Assembly: GCA_964016885.1 (NCBI GenBank)
Contig: OZ024747.1
Coordinates: 43,090,001 to 43,154,000, forward strand
Length of the DNA: 64,000 nt
Reading direction: 5' to 3'
Source of the DNA: Eledone cirrhosa
Lineage: Eukaryota
A model generated the notes under the pieces. The model was not told where the DNA came from, searched no databases, and saw only the letters and a list, made by a program, of their open reading frames with translations. Below, piece by piece: positions 1-12,429 of the stretch. Both the position numbers and the translations under genes were made by a program. Positions within the stretch are counted from its first letter, which is position 1, and every line of letters starts with the position of its first letter.

Positions 1-224
1 TCTACTAAGGAACTGTACACAGTTGATTATTTTATTCTATTTTTCTAAGATTTTACTAATACCATATGTGCCGTTAGAAGCTCAGTGCTTGCTCTAGGTA
101 TTCAGCCACTTCTACCTATCTCTTAACCTACAGCATATTTCTTTGTTGCTGATCATTTCAAACAGCAGTAAAAATTCTATTTTCTCTCCTTGCATGAGGT
201 AAAAACATAACTTGGTTGAAACTG

Positions 225-400
225 CTCCTTTTCATGAAATAGAGATTTAAAAAATGTGTGGTATGAAATCCATCGCTATCTCAGTTATAGTTGGAAAACT
301 AAGGAACTGACAAATTCTTGGATCACATACCTGGTAAACCTTGTATAAAAGAAATTCAGTAAATCATACCCACATTTTACGAAGAGCATTGTCAATGTAA
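225..400 (+). pseudogene. Decayed 3' end of an RLE-type (R4/Dong-like) LINE ORF
   Basis: Remnant C-terminal motifs (..ISVIVG.L.., ..HILRRALSM*) resemble the RLE tail; heavily disrupted. Confidence 0.4.
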
Positions 401-790
401 TTTTGGGAAAGCAAACTGTGATGTATCTTGTATGTGACACATTCATGGACCAAACTTTGCACTGTATCCATTATATTTTGTATTCTCTCCTGGTTTTAAA
501 TGTGCATACATTTGTAAAAGGACTGTTTAACCTGTAAATACTCTAATTGGTTTTACTGACTATATCTGTAAATATTGTATATAGACCTTTTGAATCTATG
601 AATATCCTCTGTGTGTGCTTATGTATGTGTGTATAGGATGCATTGTTACTGGTTCTCTTAAACTCTCAACAAAATAGCAACAGTTATGTATGGTGCTGAG
701 GAAAAATGTGTTGTAACAAACTATCACCCACCCAAGGCCCCTGCTTGAGACTTGACAGGATTTATGTGATGGTACAGATATCCAAGAAAA

Positions 791-1510
791 TAATTGTTTC
801 TACTTTTGGCACAAGGCCAGCAAATACCCAGTGTATTACTGGTACTTTATTTTATTGACCCCGTAAGGATGAAAGGTAAAGTTAACCTCGGCGGGATTTG
901 AACTCAGACCATAAAGGGCCATAACTCTTTGCTGCAAAGCATGGCGTCCGATCCTCTACCGATACTGTCAATTCACGAAAATAATAACAACAATAACAAC
1001 AATAATTGTTTCTACTTTTGGCACAAGGCCAGCAATTACCCCAGTGTATTACTGGTACTTTATTTTATCAACCTCCGTAAGGTTGAAAGGCAAAGTTAAC
1101 CTCGGCGGGATTTGAACTCAAAACGTAAAGGGCCATCACTCTATACTGCAAAGCATGGTGTCTGACGCTGTACTGATACTGCTAAACCACCGCCCTAACA
1201 ATAATAACGATAATAATTGAATCTACTTTTGGCACAAAGCCAGCAATTTGAAGGGAAGGGGAAAGTTAATTAAATCCACCTAAGTGCATTACTGGTACCT
1301 TACTTTATTGATCCTGTAAGGATGAAAAGCAAAGCTAACTTTGGCAGGATTTGAACTCAGAACGTAAAGGGCCATAACTCTGTGCTGCAAAGCATTATTG
1401 TCCGATCTACCAATACTGCCAATAACAATACTAATAATAGTAATGGTTTCTGATTCAGGCACAAGGCCAGCAATTTGATGGAAAGGGAAAAACTTATTAA
1501 CTTATCACCC
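791..1510 (-). mobile_element. Cluster of 3 full and 1 partial tRNA-derived SINEs (~190 bp family, ATT tail)
   Basis: Repeated TTTCTACTTTTGGCACAAGGCCAGCAA...AAGGATGAAAGG...GATTTGAACTC (reverse B box) at ~791, ~1002, ~1215, ~1441. Confidence 0.9.
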
Positions 1511-1612
1511 TATTAATAAAACAAACACTCATCAGTCTTACAATCTCACTGTTTTCACTGTCTCACTGTCTCTATCACTCTCTCTCTCACTATCTATCTA
1601 TCTATCTATCTA

Positions 1613-2270
1613 TCTGTCCGAGGTGCGTACGAGACGAAGAAACCGTCGCACACGCATTCATACACTTCCCGGGCGTCACTGACCTGTGGGGCTATGTAGA
1701 ACGACTATTGTCACGGGTGGGACCAATCCGGTTGACCGCCGAGTCCATTGTCATGATCAAACCGCCACCCTCCTTCAAAAACGAAGGAGAGGCGGTTTTC
1801 CTTTGTGTGATAGCTATGGCGAAAGAGGTTGTATGGTGGACAATGTTGAAAGGGCTGAGGTCAGACACCTTTCTCTCCGGCCAACAACTGATTCTTTTTT
1901 TCAAATACCACTTTGGAAGAAGAATCAGGATGGAGAGAGAGGTGCTATACCCCAGCAAGTTTTATGAAAGGTGGGTGAAAGTGGCGAGAATGGCCCGAGT
2001 GAATGGGCCTTCTCTCTATATCAGCCTGTAGGTTGAGGAAAAGAAGGAGGAGAGGAAAGGAGTACAAGCTCTTCGTACTCCTGGAGATGAGGGTTGCACA
2101 TTTTTTTTCGGGGGTATGTGTTACCCATATAAACTGCCTCCCTCTATTGGGGAAAATCGACTAACTTTTAAATTGCATCTGTGATAACATTTTACACGTT
2201 TTTATTGTATGTAAACTTCCCCCTTTGTATTTGTCCCCTTCTTTTGTGCCCCTGTGGCTAATAAAGAAAT
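1613..2270 (+). mobile_element. 5'-truncated Tx1/L1-clade LINE 3' end
   Basis: ORF 1708-2031 closely matches the C-terminus of ORF 2702-4048; shared 3' UTR ending GTGGCTAATAAAGAAA. Confidence 0.85.
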
Positions 2271-2701
2271 CTATCTATCACTCTCTCTCTCTCACTATAT
2301 ATCTATCTATCACTCTCTCTCACTATATATCAATCTATCACTCTCTCTCACTATATATCTATCACTCTCTCTCACTATATATCTATCTATCACTCTCTCT
2401 CACTATATATCTATCACTCTCTCTCACTATATATCTATCACTCTCTCTCACTATTTATATATCTATCTCTCACTCTCTCTCACTATCCATCTATCACTCT
2501 CTCTCACTATCTATCTATGTATCACTCTTTGTATTTGTCCCCTTCTTTTGTGCCCCTGTGGCTAATAAAGAAATATATCTATGTATCACTCTCTCTCACT
2601 ATCTATCTATCTATCACTCACTCTCACTATATATCTATCACTCTCTCTCACTATTTATATATCTATCTTCACTTTCTCTCACTATCTATCTATCTATCAC
2701 T

Positions 2702-4048
2702 AATGAAATCGAGGCGGTCGGCACCTTACTGGAGGAGTACGAAAGGTTCACAGGGGCTAAGCTGAACCGGGACAAGTCGATCGGTTTGCAACTCGGCACG
2801 TGGAGGGGCAGACCGATGCCCTCCGATGGCGTCGTCGGACGCTGGACGGAGGGCCCGGTGAAGTTGCTCGGGGTCTGGTTCGGACCGGACCTCCAGGTGG
2901 AGAAAAACTGGGCGGAGGTTACGAACAGGGTGTTTGCACTGACCCAGAAGTGGGCCAGTTGCAAACTATCCCTGAAAGGTCGGGCGGAGGTGGCGAACAC
3001 CTACATAGCGTCCGTCATCTACTACCGCCTGACCGTAGTGCCCTGCCCAAGGGAAACCCTCACCAAGACGGAGCGCGCACTCTTCCAATTCCTTTGGAAG
3101 AGGCGGGCTCCTATGGTGAGGAGATCCATCTGCTGTCAACACCCTTCGAAAGGAGGGCTGGGGATGCCGTGGCTAATGATGCGTAAACACGTATTAAGGC
3201 TACGGCACCTCTACGTATTCCTCACCGGTCAACCGGTGTGGGCCTCGTTTGTGAGACGAACCTTTCCCAGACTCGTCTCACTCACCGAGCTGCAATCCTG
3301 GGTCAAACAAAGACCGAGAAAACTGGGCGCCTGGCACACTGAGTGTGCCCAGGCGCTCACCGCCCTCTGGCAGGCGGATCCGGTTATCAGTGGAGACTCC
3401 ACCGCAACATTCTATAGAGGGCTGGTACGCAGCAGGTGCGACGACGCCCTCGGAGAAGCCCTAGACATGGAGGAGGACAAACTGGCCAGCCTGTTCGGTA
3501 GGACATTCAGCCCGGGACCTATGGACAACTTCCAGAAGTCCCTGGCCTGGCAGTGCTACCGAGGGGCTTTACCCATTCGAGAAAGGCTCTACAGACACGG
3601 GCGCCTGGGTAGGGACCCCGCCAAAAAGATCTGTCCCAGATGCGTGTGCGACGAGGAAACCGTTGCACACGCATTGGTACACTGCTCGGGCGTAGCCGAT
3701 CTGTGGGGCTATGTCGAACAACTGCTGTCAAGGGTGGGACCGATCCGGTTGACCACCGAGTCTATTGAAATGATCAAACCGCCTCCCCACTTCAAAGATG
3801 AAGCAGAGGCGGTGTTTCTGTGCGTAATAGCCATGGCGAAAGAGGTTGTATGGTGGACGCGTCTGAAAGGACTGAGATCAGGCACCTTTCTCTCTGGCCA
3901 ACAACTGGTCCGTTTCTTCCGATATCATTTCGGAAGAAGGATCAGGATGGAGAGAGAGGTGCTCCACCCCAGTCGTTTTTATGAAAGGTGGGTGAAAGTG
4001 GCGAGAATGGCCCGTGTGAATGGGCCTTCTCTTTACATGAGCCTGTAG
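2702..4048 (+). CDS. Tx1/L1-clade LINE ORF2, intact C-terminal part (post-RT region and CCHC zinc finger); element continues to ~4311
   Basis: Motifs GAKLNRDKS, KLLGVWF, LSLKGR, KGGLG, CPRC..EETVAHALVHC; the N-terminal 160 aa of ORF 2225 is microsatellite read-through. Confidence 0.9.
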   Translation, partial: NEIEAVGTLLEEYERFTGAKLNRDKSIGLQLGTWRGRPMPSDGVVGRWTEGPVKLLGVWFGPDLQVEKNWAEVTNRVFALTQKWASCKLSLKGRAEVANTYIASVIYYRLTVVPCPRETLTKTERALFQFLWKRRAPMVRRSICCQHPSKGGLGMPWLMMRKHVLRLRHLYVFLTGQPVWASFVRRTFPRLVSLTELQSWVKQRPRKLGAWHTECAQALTALWQADPVISGDSTATFYRGLVRSRCDDALGEALDMEEDKLASLFGRTFSPGPMDNFQKSLAWQCYRGALPIRERLYRHGRLGRDPAKKICPRCVCDEETVAHALVHCSGVADLWGYVEQLLSRVGPIRLTTESIEMIKPPPHFKDEAEAVFLCVIAMAKEVVWWTRLKGLRSGTFLSGQQLVRFFRYHFGRRIRMEREVLHPSRFYERWVKVARMARVNGPSLYMSL

Positions 4049-4714
4049 GTGGAAAAGAGGAAGGAACGAGGGAGCACCCCCTCTCTGTGCTCCTGAGGAA
4101 AAGGGTTGCACACTTTTTTTGGGGGTGTGTGCGACCCCCCAAGGCGCCTCCTCTCTATTGAGGATTCTGTTATAAATTTTATTTTTTGTTATATTTTATT
4201 TTATTTTTATATTTTGTTATTGCCTCCTCCTTATTGAGGACGCCTTTTTGTGTAAACTCCCCCCTTTGTACTTGTCCGACTTTTGATGCCCTGGTGGCAA
4301 ATAAAAGAAACATATCTATCTATCACTCTCTCTCACTATCTATCTATCACTCTCTCTCACTATCTATCTATCTATCACTCTCTCTCACTATCTATCTATC
4401 ACTCTCTCTCACTATCTATCTATCTATCACTCTCTCTCACTATCTATCTCTCACTCTCTCTCACTATCTATCTCTCACTCTCTCTCACTATATATCTATC
4501 ATTCTCTCTCACTATTTATATATCACTCTCTCTCACTATTTATATATCACTCTCTCTCACTCTCTCTCACTATATATATATCACTCTCTCTCACTATCTA
4601 TCTATCACTCTCCCTATCTCTAAAAGTTACAAAACTATCTTGTTCGTGTCACTGTTATTAAAAAATCCTTTTCATAAATATTAGATTAGAAATCACATGT
4701 GTGTGAGTACATGT

Positions 4715-4748
<34 letters not shown>

Positions 4749-4816
4749 GTGTGTGTGTATTATGTATGTGGACAACACACACACACACACATATAGATAG
4801 ATAGATAGATAGATAG

Positions 4817-4874
<58 letters not shown>

Positions 4875-4945
4875 CAGAGAGAGAGAGAGAAAGAGGAGAG
4901 AGAAAGGGAGAGAGAGAGGAAGAGAAGAGAGAGAGAGCGAGAGAA

Positions 4946-4976
<31 letters not shown>

Positions 4977-5685
4977 GTGTGTGAGAGAGAGAGAAAGATA
5001 GAGACAGTGAAAGCCATTCATTCTCTTCTTTGGCCTAGTTCCTACCATGTCCAATATGTCAATTTGAAGGTTAAATATAAAGGTTTACCTCTACATTCTA
5101 CAAGTCTGAATTCTTTGTTAATTCCGTCAGAATCGGCTGCCATTCTTATACAGTCATTAATAGACTTGGAATCAATAATCCATTTATTTTCCACCAAGTT
5201 TTAAAATACATTAAGATTGAAATTATTGTTGATTCTCATCTTCTATTTGTATTTATTTTTATCTCATTCTTCAAGGATTTTCTTCTTTTTTTCTCTCTCG
5301 CTCCTTTTGCTTCTTAAAATGGTCTTTTTTGACCAGCCCTTCCTCCCCACCGTCCCTCCTTATGACCTTTTCCCAAAATATCTACCCAGTTCCAGTTCTT
5401 CTATGCAGTTGAAAGTTTGACAGTCTTTTCAACAACATAGAAAAGCTATTGCTGCTAGCCTAAACCGAAATATCACGACAGATATCATACTTCAATTACA
5501 AGAAACACACTGAGTTCATTTTTTCTCTTTGAGAAGAACCAGAACACATGATATTCCTGTAGTTTTTCTTCTTAAACGCTATATATATATATATATATGG
5601 TGACACACAGACAACATTTGGTGGAGTAGAACATATTTCTGGCTTGCTTCACAGTACTTTCTACCTAATGTCAGATTAAAGTAAA

Positions 5686-5720
<35 letters not shown>

Positions 5721-5725
<5 letters not shown>

Positions 5726-5915
5726 AAAAAGTATGACCCCGACGGCAGAGCTCAAGCCGTTTCGACGGCTATTTCTGGACTCCAGAAATACCCGTCAAAA
5801 CGAATTGAGCTCTGCCGTCGGGGTCATACTTTTTCCTATTTCCCACTCTACTACTCTAAGTATTGAGTACTCTGGTGCGTTATGGTCCATCTGGTCCCTT
5901 ACCACAATTCCTTTG

Positions 5916-5959
<44 letters not shown>

Positions 5960-6075
5960 AACGGAGGAGTTGTGGTAAGGATCCAGATGGACCATAACGC
6001 ACCAGAGTACTCAATACTTAGAGTAGTAGAGTGGGAAATAGGAGAAGATATTGTGTTTTCGCATACTTTCTCCTA
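5721..6075. mobile_element. Short fold-back non-coding inserts in (TA)n, probably PLE 3'-end derived
   Basis: Hairpin 5721-5839 (35-bp outer arms plus inner stem); inverted pair 5833-5920 / 5957-6043 around (TA)n. Confidence 0.55.
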
Positions 6076-6134
6076 TATATATATATATATATAATATATA
6101 TATATAGATCTCAGGAATAAATATATAAATATAT

Positions 6135-6895
6135 ATGCTGCATGGCAGTGAGACCTGGGCATTGTGTGCAGAGGATATACGCAGACTAGAGAGGAACGAA
6201 GCTTGCATGCTCCGCTGGATGTGTAACAGTAATATACGTGAACGGCAAAGCATAAACGAACTAAGGAAAAAATTAGAGATAAGAGGGATCAGATGTTGTT
6301 TACTCGAGAGAAGGCTACGTTGGTATGGACACGTGATGCGCATGAAAGTCGATAGCTGTATAACAAAGTGCAGGGCAATAAAGATAGACGGTAGTCACGG
6401 AATAGGCAGACCTAGAAAAACCTGGGACGAGCTGATAAACTCCGACATCACACACTTACACCTCTCCAAGACAATGTCACTGGACCGAGACCTTTGGCGG
6501 TACTCAGTAACAGAGAAGACCCGCCTTACCTAAATATATAGTAAACCCCGTCCCACCACCACCACCCCCACCCGATCCACACCACCCCGTTCTATGTAAA
6601 GTTATGTTGGTGCCGCGCCATCGAGGCCGAAACAAATGAGATCGTGTAGGTGTCACGACAAAAAAACACACAGTCCACGCTGTAATGTGGCCGTGTAGGC
6701 AACACGGTAAAAACCTCCCAGACCCACACTGTAAATGTGGTTGGTGTTAGGAAGGGCATCCAACTGTAGAAAACCTGCCAGACAGTCCTATGCGAGCAAG
6801 ACAATCACTCTTGCCTCAAGTGGGACTACCCCCGTCCAAACCCATGCAAGCGTGGAACACGGACGTTAAACGTTGATGATGATGATGATGATGAT
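6135..6895 (+). mobile_element. 5'-truncated RTE-clade LINE, family A, with (GAT)n tail
   Basis: LHGSETW..RLRWYGHVMR..GRPRKTW; near-identical inverted copy at 13799-14514. Confidence 0.92.
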
Positions 6896-6979
6896 ATATA
6901 TATATATATATATATATATAGTGGGTTAGTAGTTTAGACTAGTAAGACTATTGTTCAGTTAAGTACTGTAAAAATGATA

Positions 6980-7014
<35 letters not shown>

Positions 7015-7294
7015 GTAATAACAAAAGTAAAAACAAACGGTTCAGTATATGGGAAAAATATGTTAGTTTAATGCTTGAAATAGCAGGAATATATTTAATA
7101 ATAATATTAATGAAAATAAATTTTACTCATTTACTATGTGTATTTTAGCACAATGCAATGATAGGATCATTCAGAGCTGTTGTATTGTTACAATTTGCTT
7201 ACACACTAGAAATTAAAAGTTCAAGGCATTTAATCACTGATAAATTTGTTATTTGGGGTATATCACTGTGGGAAGAAACAATTGTAAGTGACAT

Positions 7295-7460
7295 TCAGAG
7301 TTGACACTGCACTCAGTGGTCTTGTGGGAGCCCCTACACGGACACACTGGAAGAGGGAAACCGAGGATGACATATGTTGATCCCCTAAGGACAGACACTG
7401 GTATCTGGGAGATTCAGGACAGAGACTGCTGCAGAGAACTCGTCCATAGATCTCGGGAAT
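7295..7460 (+). mobile_element. Fragment of RTE-X-like LINE 3' end
   Basis: Matches 44890-45075. Confidence 0.7.
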
Positions 7461-7489
7461 ATATATAAATATATAAATATATATATATA

Positions 7490-8640
7490 TTGTGGGTTAG
7501 TAGTCTAGACTAGTAAGACCATTGTTCAGTTAAGTACTGTCAATATGATATGATGGTATTTATACATTTTCTGTTGATATGGGAAGTTGGTGATTGGATT
7601 GGCTGAGAGACTGGGAATTCTAAGCGAGATGCTTTTAATTAAATCATCAGTAATATTTTGGGGGTGGTTTGAACTAACATCTATGTATCTAAGGGATTCG
7701 TTAGGTTTGTTGTATGGGTAATAGAGGGAAGTATCTAAATCTAAAGTGACATCTAAAATGTTGGCCCTAGTCATATTTGATTTGATGGTTATTCTAAAAC
7801 CTAGATTATGGAAGAATGAGCTTAAGTTTTTCCGAAACCCATCAGTGGTTCTGGGGTTCACCTTGTGCAAAGCAAAAAGGCCATTGTCACGTTACGGTAT
7901 AATCCTCCGGTCAGGCCTGTGAAAAGCTTCTTCAGGTGTTATAGGATATAGAGGCCCACCAGGTCGCTAACTTCTGTGGAATCACTTGCTCCTATACTGA
8001 TGTCAAATGGAGTCTCAGACTTCTTGTTAATCCAGTAAGATCCTTTGAGGTATAAAAAGGGCTTATGTGCATGGAGGATCATGTTCTGCTCAGTGTTGGT
8101 GATGGTGGTAAAATTCCTAGCAAAAGCAAGTGCATCCTTCAGTAGAGGCTCTGAGATAGAAGTGTAGTAGTCTTCTATATCCAGTTGCAGAAAACAGATA
8201 TTATATTTATCAGCCAATTCTTAGAACCAAGAGATTGCCTCAGAGGTTCTGCTTTAGAGTGGGAGAGGTGAGGCTGCACGCAGCGACGGTAGTACTTTAT
8301 TGAGGATTTTTTTACTGATAGATCCGATGTCTAAGCATGTAGGGTTCATCACTCTACCCGATGGTTAGTTAAGGAAATTTCCCTTGTGGTCTTTAAGGGT
8401 AAAGTGCGAGTCTTTACCCTTAATGGTACAGTCTGGTCTTCTATTTTAAGGGATTTTGCAATCTCTTTACCAACTATATTGGTATCAATCAATGTTAACT
8501 CGTCCACTTTTTTGTAAGTGGTCGTGATTGCATTTTTTGCCAGCTTCTTCTAGGTTGTAAGTCCACCTCATAAACGTTTTTGGTTTTATCAGAGGGGGCA
8601 TGGAGATTGGGGGAACTTTTCATTTTCAGCATCTTTTAAA
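7490..8640 (-). pseudogene. Penelope-like element (Neptune-type) reverse transcriptase remnant
   Basis: TLKDHK, LDIEDYYTSIS, ..DSTEVSDLVGLYIL, degenerate YRDN, LDVTLDL..YPYNKPN..SNHP motifs with stops and frameshifts. Confidence 0.85.
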
Positions 8641-10078
8641 TAGGCCTGTAAAGAGCTAGTGTTCCCAAAAAGCAAGATTCATATATATATGTATATATAT
8701 ATATAAATAAATAAATATATATGTATATATATACACATGCATACAACCCCCCCCCCCATACACACAGAAATGTGTGTGTGTGTGTGTGTGTGTGCGTGTG
8801 CGTGTGTGTGTGTGCATGTGTGTGAAAGGAAGCCACAATAGGGATAGACTTGGGAAAAAGTGGTGAGAGCTGATCTTAAATCACTGAGGCTCACAGAGGA
8901 GGTGACAAAGGAATGTGACAAGTGGAAAGATGCTGTGCTGAAAAAGACCTGTTCAACATATGAAAGGGCCGTAAGGAAAATAATAACTTTTCCACCTTAA
9001 AGTGTATACTATTTCCTAAATATTTGATGCTATATGTACAAAATACTATGTGTTTCTCTAATGATATATGGCTATATACATATATTTTTTTAATTTGAAT
9101 TATTGATGCTCTGGACAAATGACCATTGAGCTTTTCTGCTGAGAAACATAATCATCATCATCTCATTATTTTACATCCGCTTTTCCCTGCTTGCAAGGGT
9201 GCGACAGGTCCTTTTCAGCACAGTGTCTCTGTATATATATATATGTATATACACATACACACACATATATATCCACTTCACAGAATGTAACAGGTATGTT
9301 TTATTGTCTCAGTGTACTTCAGTTGTGGCCTTCCCCTTTTCTTTTTGATTTATATGGTATTGTGTGGTGTGAGGGAGATTTGGCTGCTATTTCTCCTCAA
9401 ACAAGTCAAGTGACCTCTTTTAACATCTGTCTTTTGCCTTGGCTCAGTTTTAAGGTGTTAATGAAATGAATGCAATATTTTAATGAAGAAGTAAAAGAAA
9501 TAAGTGAAAAACATCTCCAATCCATGTTCTAAACCAATTTCCTTTTAGTTAAAGTCAAGTATGTAGCAGTCACAATAGGTTTTTTTTATCCTCTGGCAAA
9601 CTAGGAATGTTTGTAAAAAAAAACATTCAAAAAACACCCAAAAACTAGGATTCTATTAAAAAAAAAACTAATAAAACCTAGTTCATGAACTCCAAAGCAA
9701 TTTTCTTTAGTGCTAAACCAATGGACATATGATTTACAATAGATTTTCTTCTGGCAAGAAACCCAACAACTTTCTCTATAACTTGGAATCTATTATTCCC
9801 CTCCACCCAAACCTTACATACCTCTCACATGGCTTCCCTCCCTTCCTTGCCACCAACCTTCACCTGACATCCCCTTCCCTCCATCGAACTCCCCAACAAC
9901 GTGTGGTTGCCTATCTTAAACCAGACACCTTCTTTGATGTCAAATTTGTATCTCAATACCTTCAGATATAGATACAGTGTACTCATTGGCAAAAGTAAAA
10001 TATCGGCATATTGCACAGATGGAATACAGCTCACGTACTAACACTACAACAAATTCAAATCGCCCCAAGATTTTCAGG

Positions 10079-10121
<43 letters not shown>

Positions 10122-10487
10122 ATGGTAAAGAATCTAAAAAATAAAAAAAAACATAAATAAATAAAAGAATAATAAAAATTTCCATCTCCCCACCAAAAAA
10201 TAAATGAATAAAATAACAAAAAAAAAAAAATGAAAATAAAGATACCATATAGGAATGAGGTTGCACTGTGGGATAGAACATGTTTAGGAATGAGCTATTT
10301 TTAGCAATGATCATTGAACTACTTTATATACATATAATTTCTGCTGGCTGCTGATTTAACAAACACTTTATAGGCATCTATCTCATTGCTTGAATTATAT
10401 AGCAAGGGCAAACAATCTTGTTCCATATTTTATCATTTAATCTTCCTATCAGATCACTATATACTTCATTATACATTATACTATGAA

Positions 10488-11640
10488 TTAGGGGCTGCGC
10501 TCTTTGTCCGCAAATCCAAGTTCAGTCATACTTTGGTCCAAGCGGGTTGGTATATAATCCGTAGCTCCAATAATGATGGGTATGAAGCTAAAGGTGTATC
10601 TTGGATACTGGATTTGTAAACTCCTCATCAATGATCCGTAGATGTCCTCCTTCTCCTGTATTATTCTGACAACGTTTACATCAAGTGGGCAGCTGATCTC
10701 CACAACAGAACACGCTTTCAATGTGTGGTCCCAAACAACAATATCAGGCCGGTTGTGCTTTAATTTGGTGGCAGTTTTTATTTTCAGGTTCCACCAGTAT
10801 TCCTTAGTGCCATCTGTCTCAATATATTCTTCCTCGTTTGTTGTTAATTTTGTTTTCCGAAGTGCGTTCCAGATGGTTCTAGCTATCCCATCGTGTCTCA
10901 TGGGGAGGTAGTAGCGAGATGACATTCTTTCGCAGCTGGCAACAATGTGGCTTACATCTTCGATCTTTGTTTTACATAGCCTACATTTATTGTCAGCTGC
11001 AGGCCCTCCTCTTTTGTGCAGCAGATATTTGGTAGGGAGTTCTTGTTCCTGTATTGCATAGAGATATCCCTCAAGGTGTGATGTCATAAACTTGTCGGAA
11101 CTCCATGCCAGGCTTTTTGAGTGGTTTATCCCCTCTATGGTCTGTGTTTTACGTCTCAAGTATCCATGCACAACTTTTTCTGTAAATTGGTCAATTTTTT
11201 CATCTTGTTTGAACATTGAATAGGATCTTCCGATTTCTCTGGGTGAGAGATTTATATCAGGCTTTATTCCAAATCTCTCCTCCAGATCAGTGGCTATCCT
11301 AATGATATTTCTTTTTTCATGCTCATAAACCTGGGCAAGATGGTTGCCAACCTTTTTCCTCTGTTGAAGATGTTGCTTCAGTGTTACTATCCGGGTCTCA
11401 TATGATGTTAATATGGATTTTAGACCCCAGCCACCTTCCTTGCATGAGAAGTATAGCCTATCCACATCACCATTGATATTAAAGTTCTCAGTAACACTGA
11501 GAAGTTTGCGAGTTCTAATATCCATCTCACTTGGTTCTTGCAATGATCAGTTCAGCAGGCCAAATGTTGGCGTTAGAATTGGCACAGCATAAGTATTGTG
11601 GGCAGTGTACTTGTTGTACGCTGACAGTTCTGATGACCAT
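10488..11640 (-). mobile_element. R4/Dong-clade (RLE) non-LTR retrotransposon fragment
   Basis: 351-aa ORF with EGGWGL, AIQEQ, CRLC..HIVASC zinc finger, RHD, NRPDIV and VEISCP restriction-like endonuclease motifs; 5' end abuts (TACA)n. Confidence 0.9.
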
Positions 11641-11769
11641 GTATGTATGCATGTATGTATGTATGTATGTATGTATGTATGTATGTATGTATGTATGTAT
11701 GTATGTATGTATGTACGTATGTATGTGTGTATGTATGCATATATGTATGTATGTATGTATGTATATATG

Positions 11770-11803
<34 letters not shown>

Positions 11804-11848
11804 TGCATGTATGCATGTATGTCTGTATACATGCATGTATGCATGTAC
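11640..11848. repeat. (TATG)n microsatellite
   Basis: Direct reading. Confidence 0.95.
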
Positions 11849-11879
11849 GTTCATTTGGTTTTATTATTCTATAAATTTT

Positions 11880-12072
11880 CGGCGGTGGATTGGCAGTGTC
11901 GGTAGAGGGTTGGACGCCATGCTTTGCAGCAAAGAGTTACGGCCCTTTATGGTCTGAGTTCAAATCCCGCCGAGGTTTTTTTGCCTTTCATCCTTACGGG
12001 GTCGATAAAATAAAGTACCAGTAATAAACTGGGGTAATTGCTGGCCTTGTGCCAAAAGTAGAAACAATTATT
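11880..12072 (+). mobile_element. tRNA-derived SINE, full length (Meta-domain-like core)
   Basis: A box TGGCAGTGTCGG, B box GAGTTCAAATCC, core GCCTTTCATCCTTACGGGGTCGATAAAAT, ATT tail. Confidence 0.9.
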
Positions 12073-12169
12073 CTATAAATTTTTGGCCCTTGTGACCAAT
12101 AAAGAAATAAGAAGTTTAATAAATTTTATAAATTTTCACCGATAGAGAACCAGTTTCTAACATATATAA

Positions 12170-12350
12170 CTGTTTCTACTTTTGGCACAAGGCCAGCAAT
12201 TACCCAATGCATTACTGGTACCTTATTTTACCGACCCTGTAAGGATGAAAGGTTAAGTTAACCTCGGCGGGATTTGAACTAAGAATGGCAAGGGCTGTAA
12301 CTCTATGCGTCAAAGCATGACATCCGACCCACTACCGATACTGCCAATCA
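12170..12350 (-). mobile_element. tRNA-derived SINE, same family
   Basis: Reverse-complement match to 11880-12072. Confidence 0.9.
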
Positions 12351-12429
12351 CCTGTAACAAAACTCTTTCATTGGAATTTAGACAACATCAACTAAGTAGA
12401 TACACATGTATGGATCTACATGTTTTGAG

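Larger units (their letters stand above)
1530..4620. repeat. Compound (TATC)n/(CT)n minisatellite hosting two Tx1 insertions
   Basis: CTATCACTCTCTCTCACTA-type units at 1560-1615, 2270-2700 and 4312-4620. Confidence 0.9.

Noticed and set aside
9740-10080. Unique coding-looking segment ending at a GT donor-like site
   Set aside because: No frame stays open across it and no homology is recognised
11880-11975. tRNA gene
   Set aside because: A and B boxes belong to a SINE head; no cloverleaf
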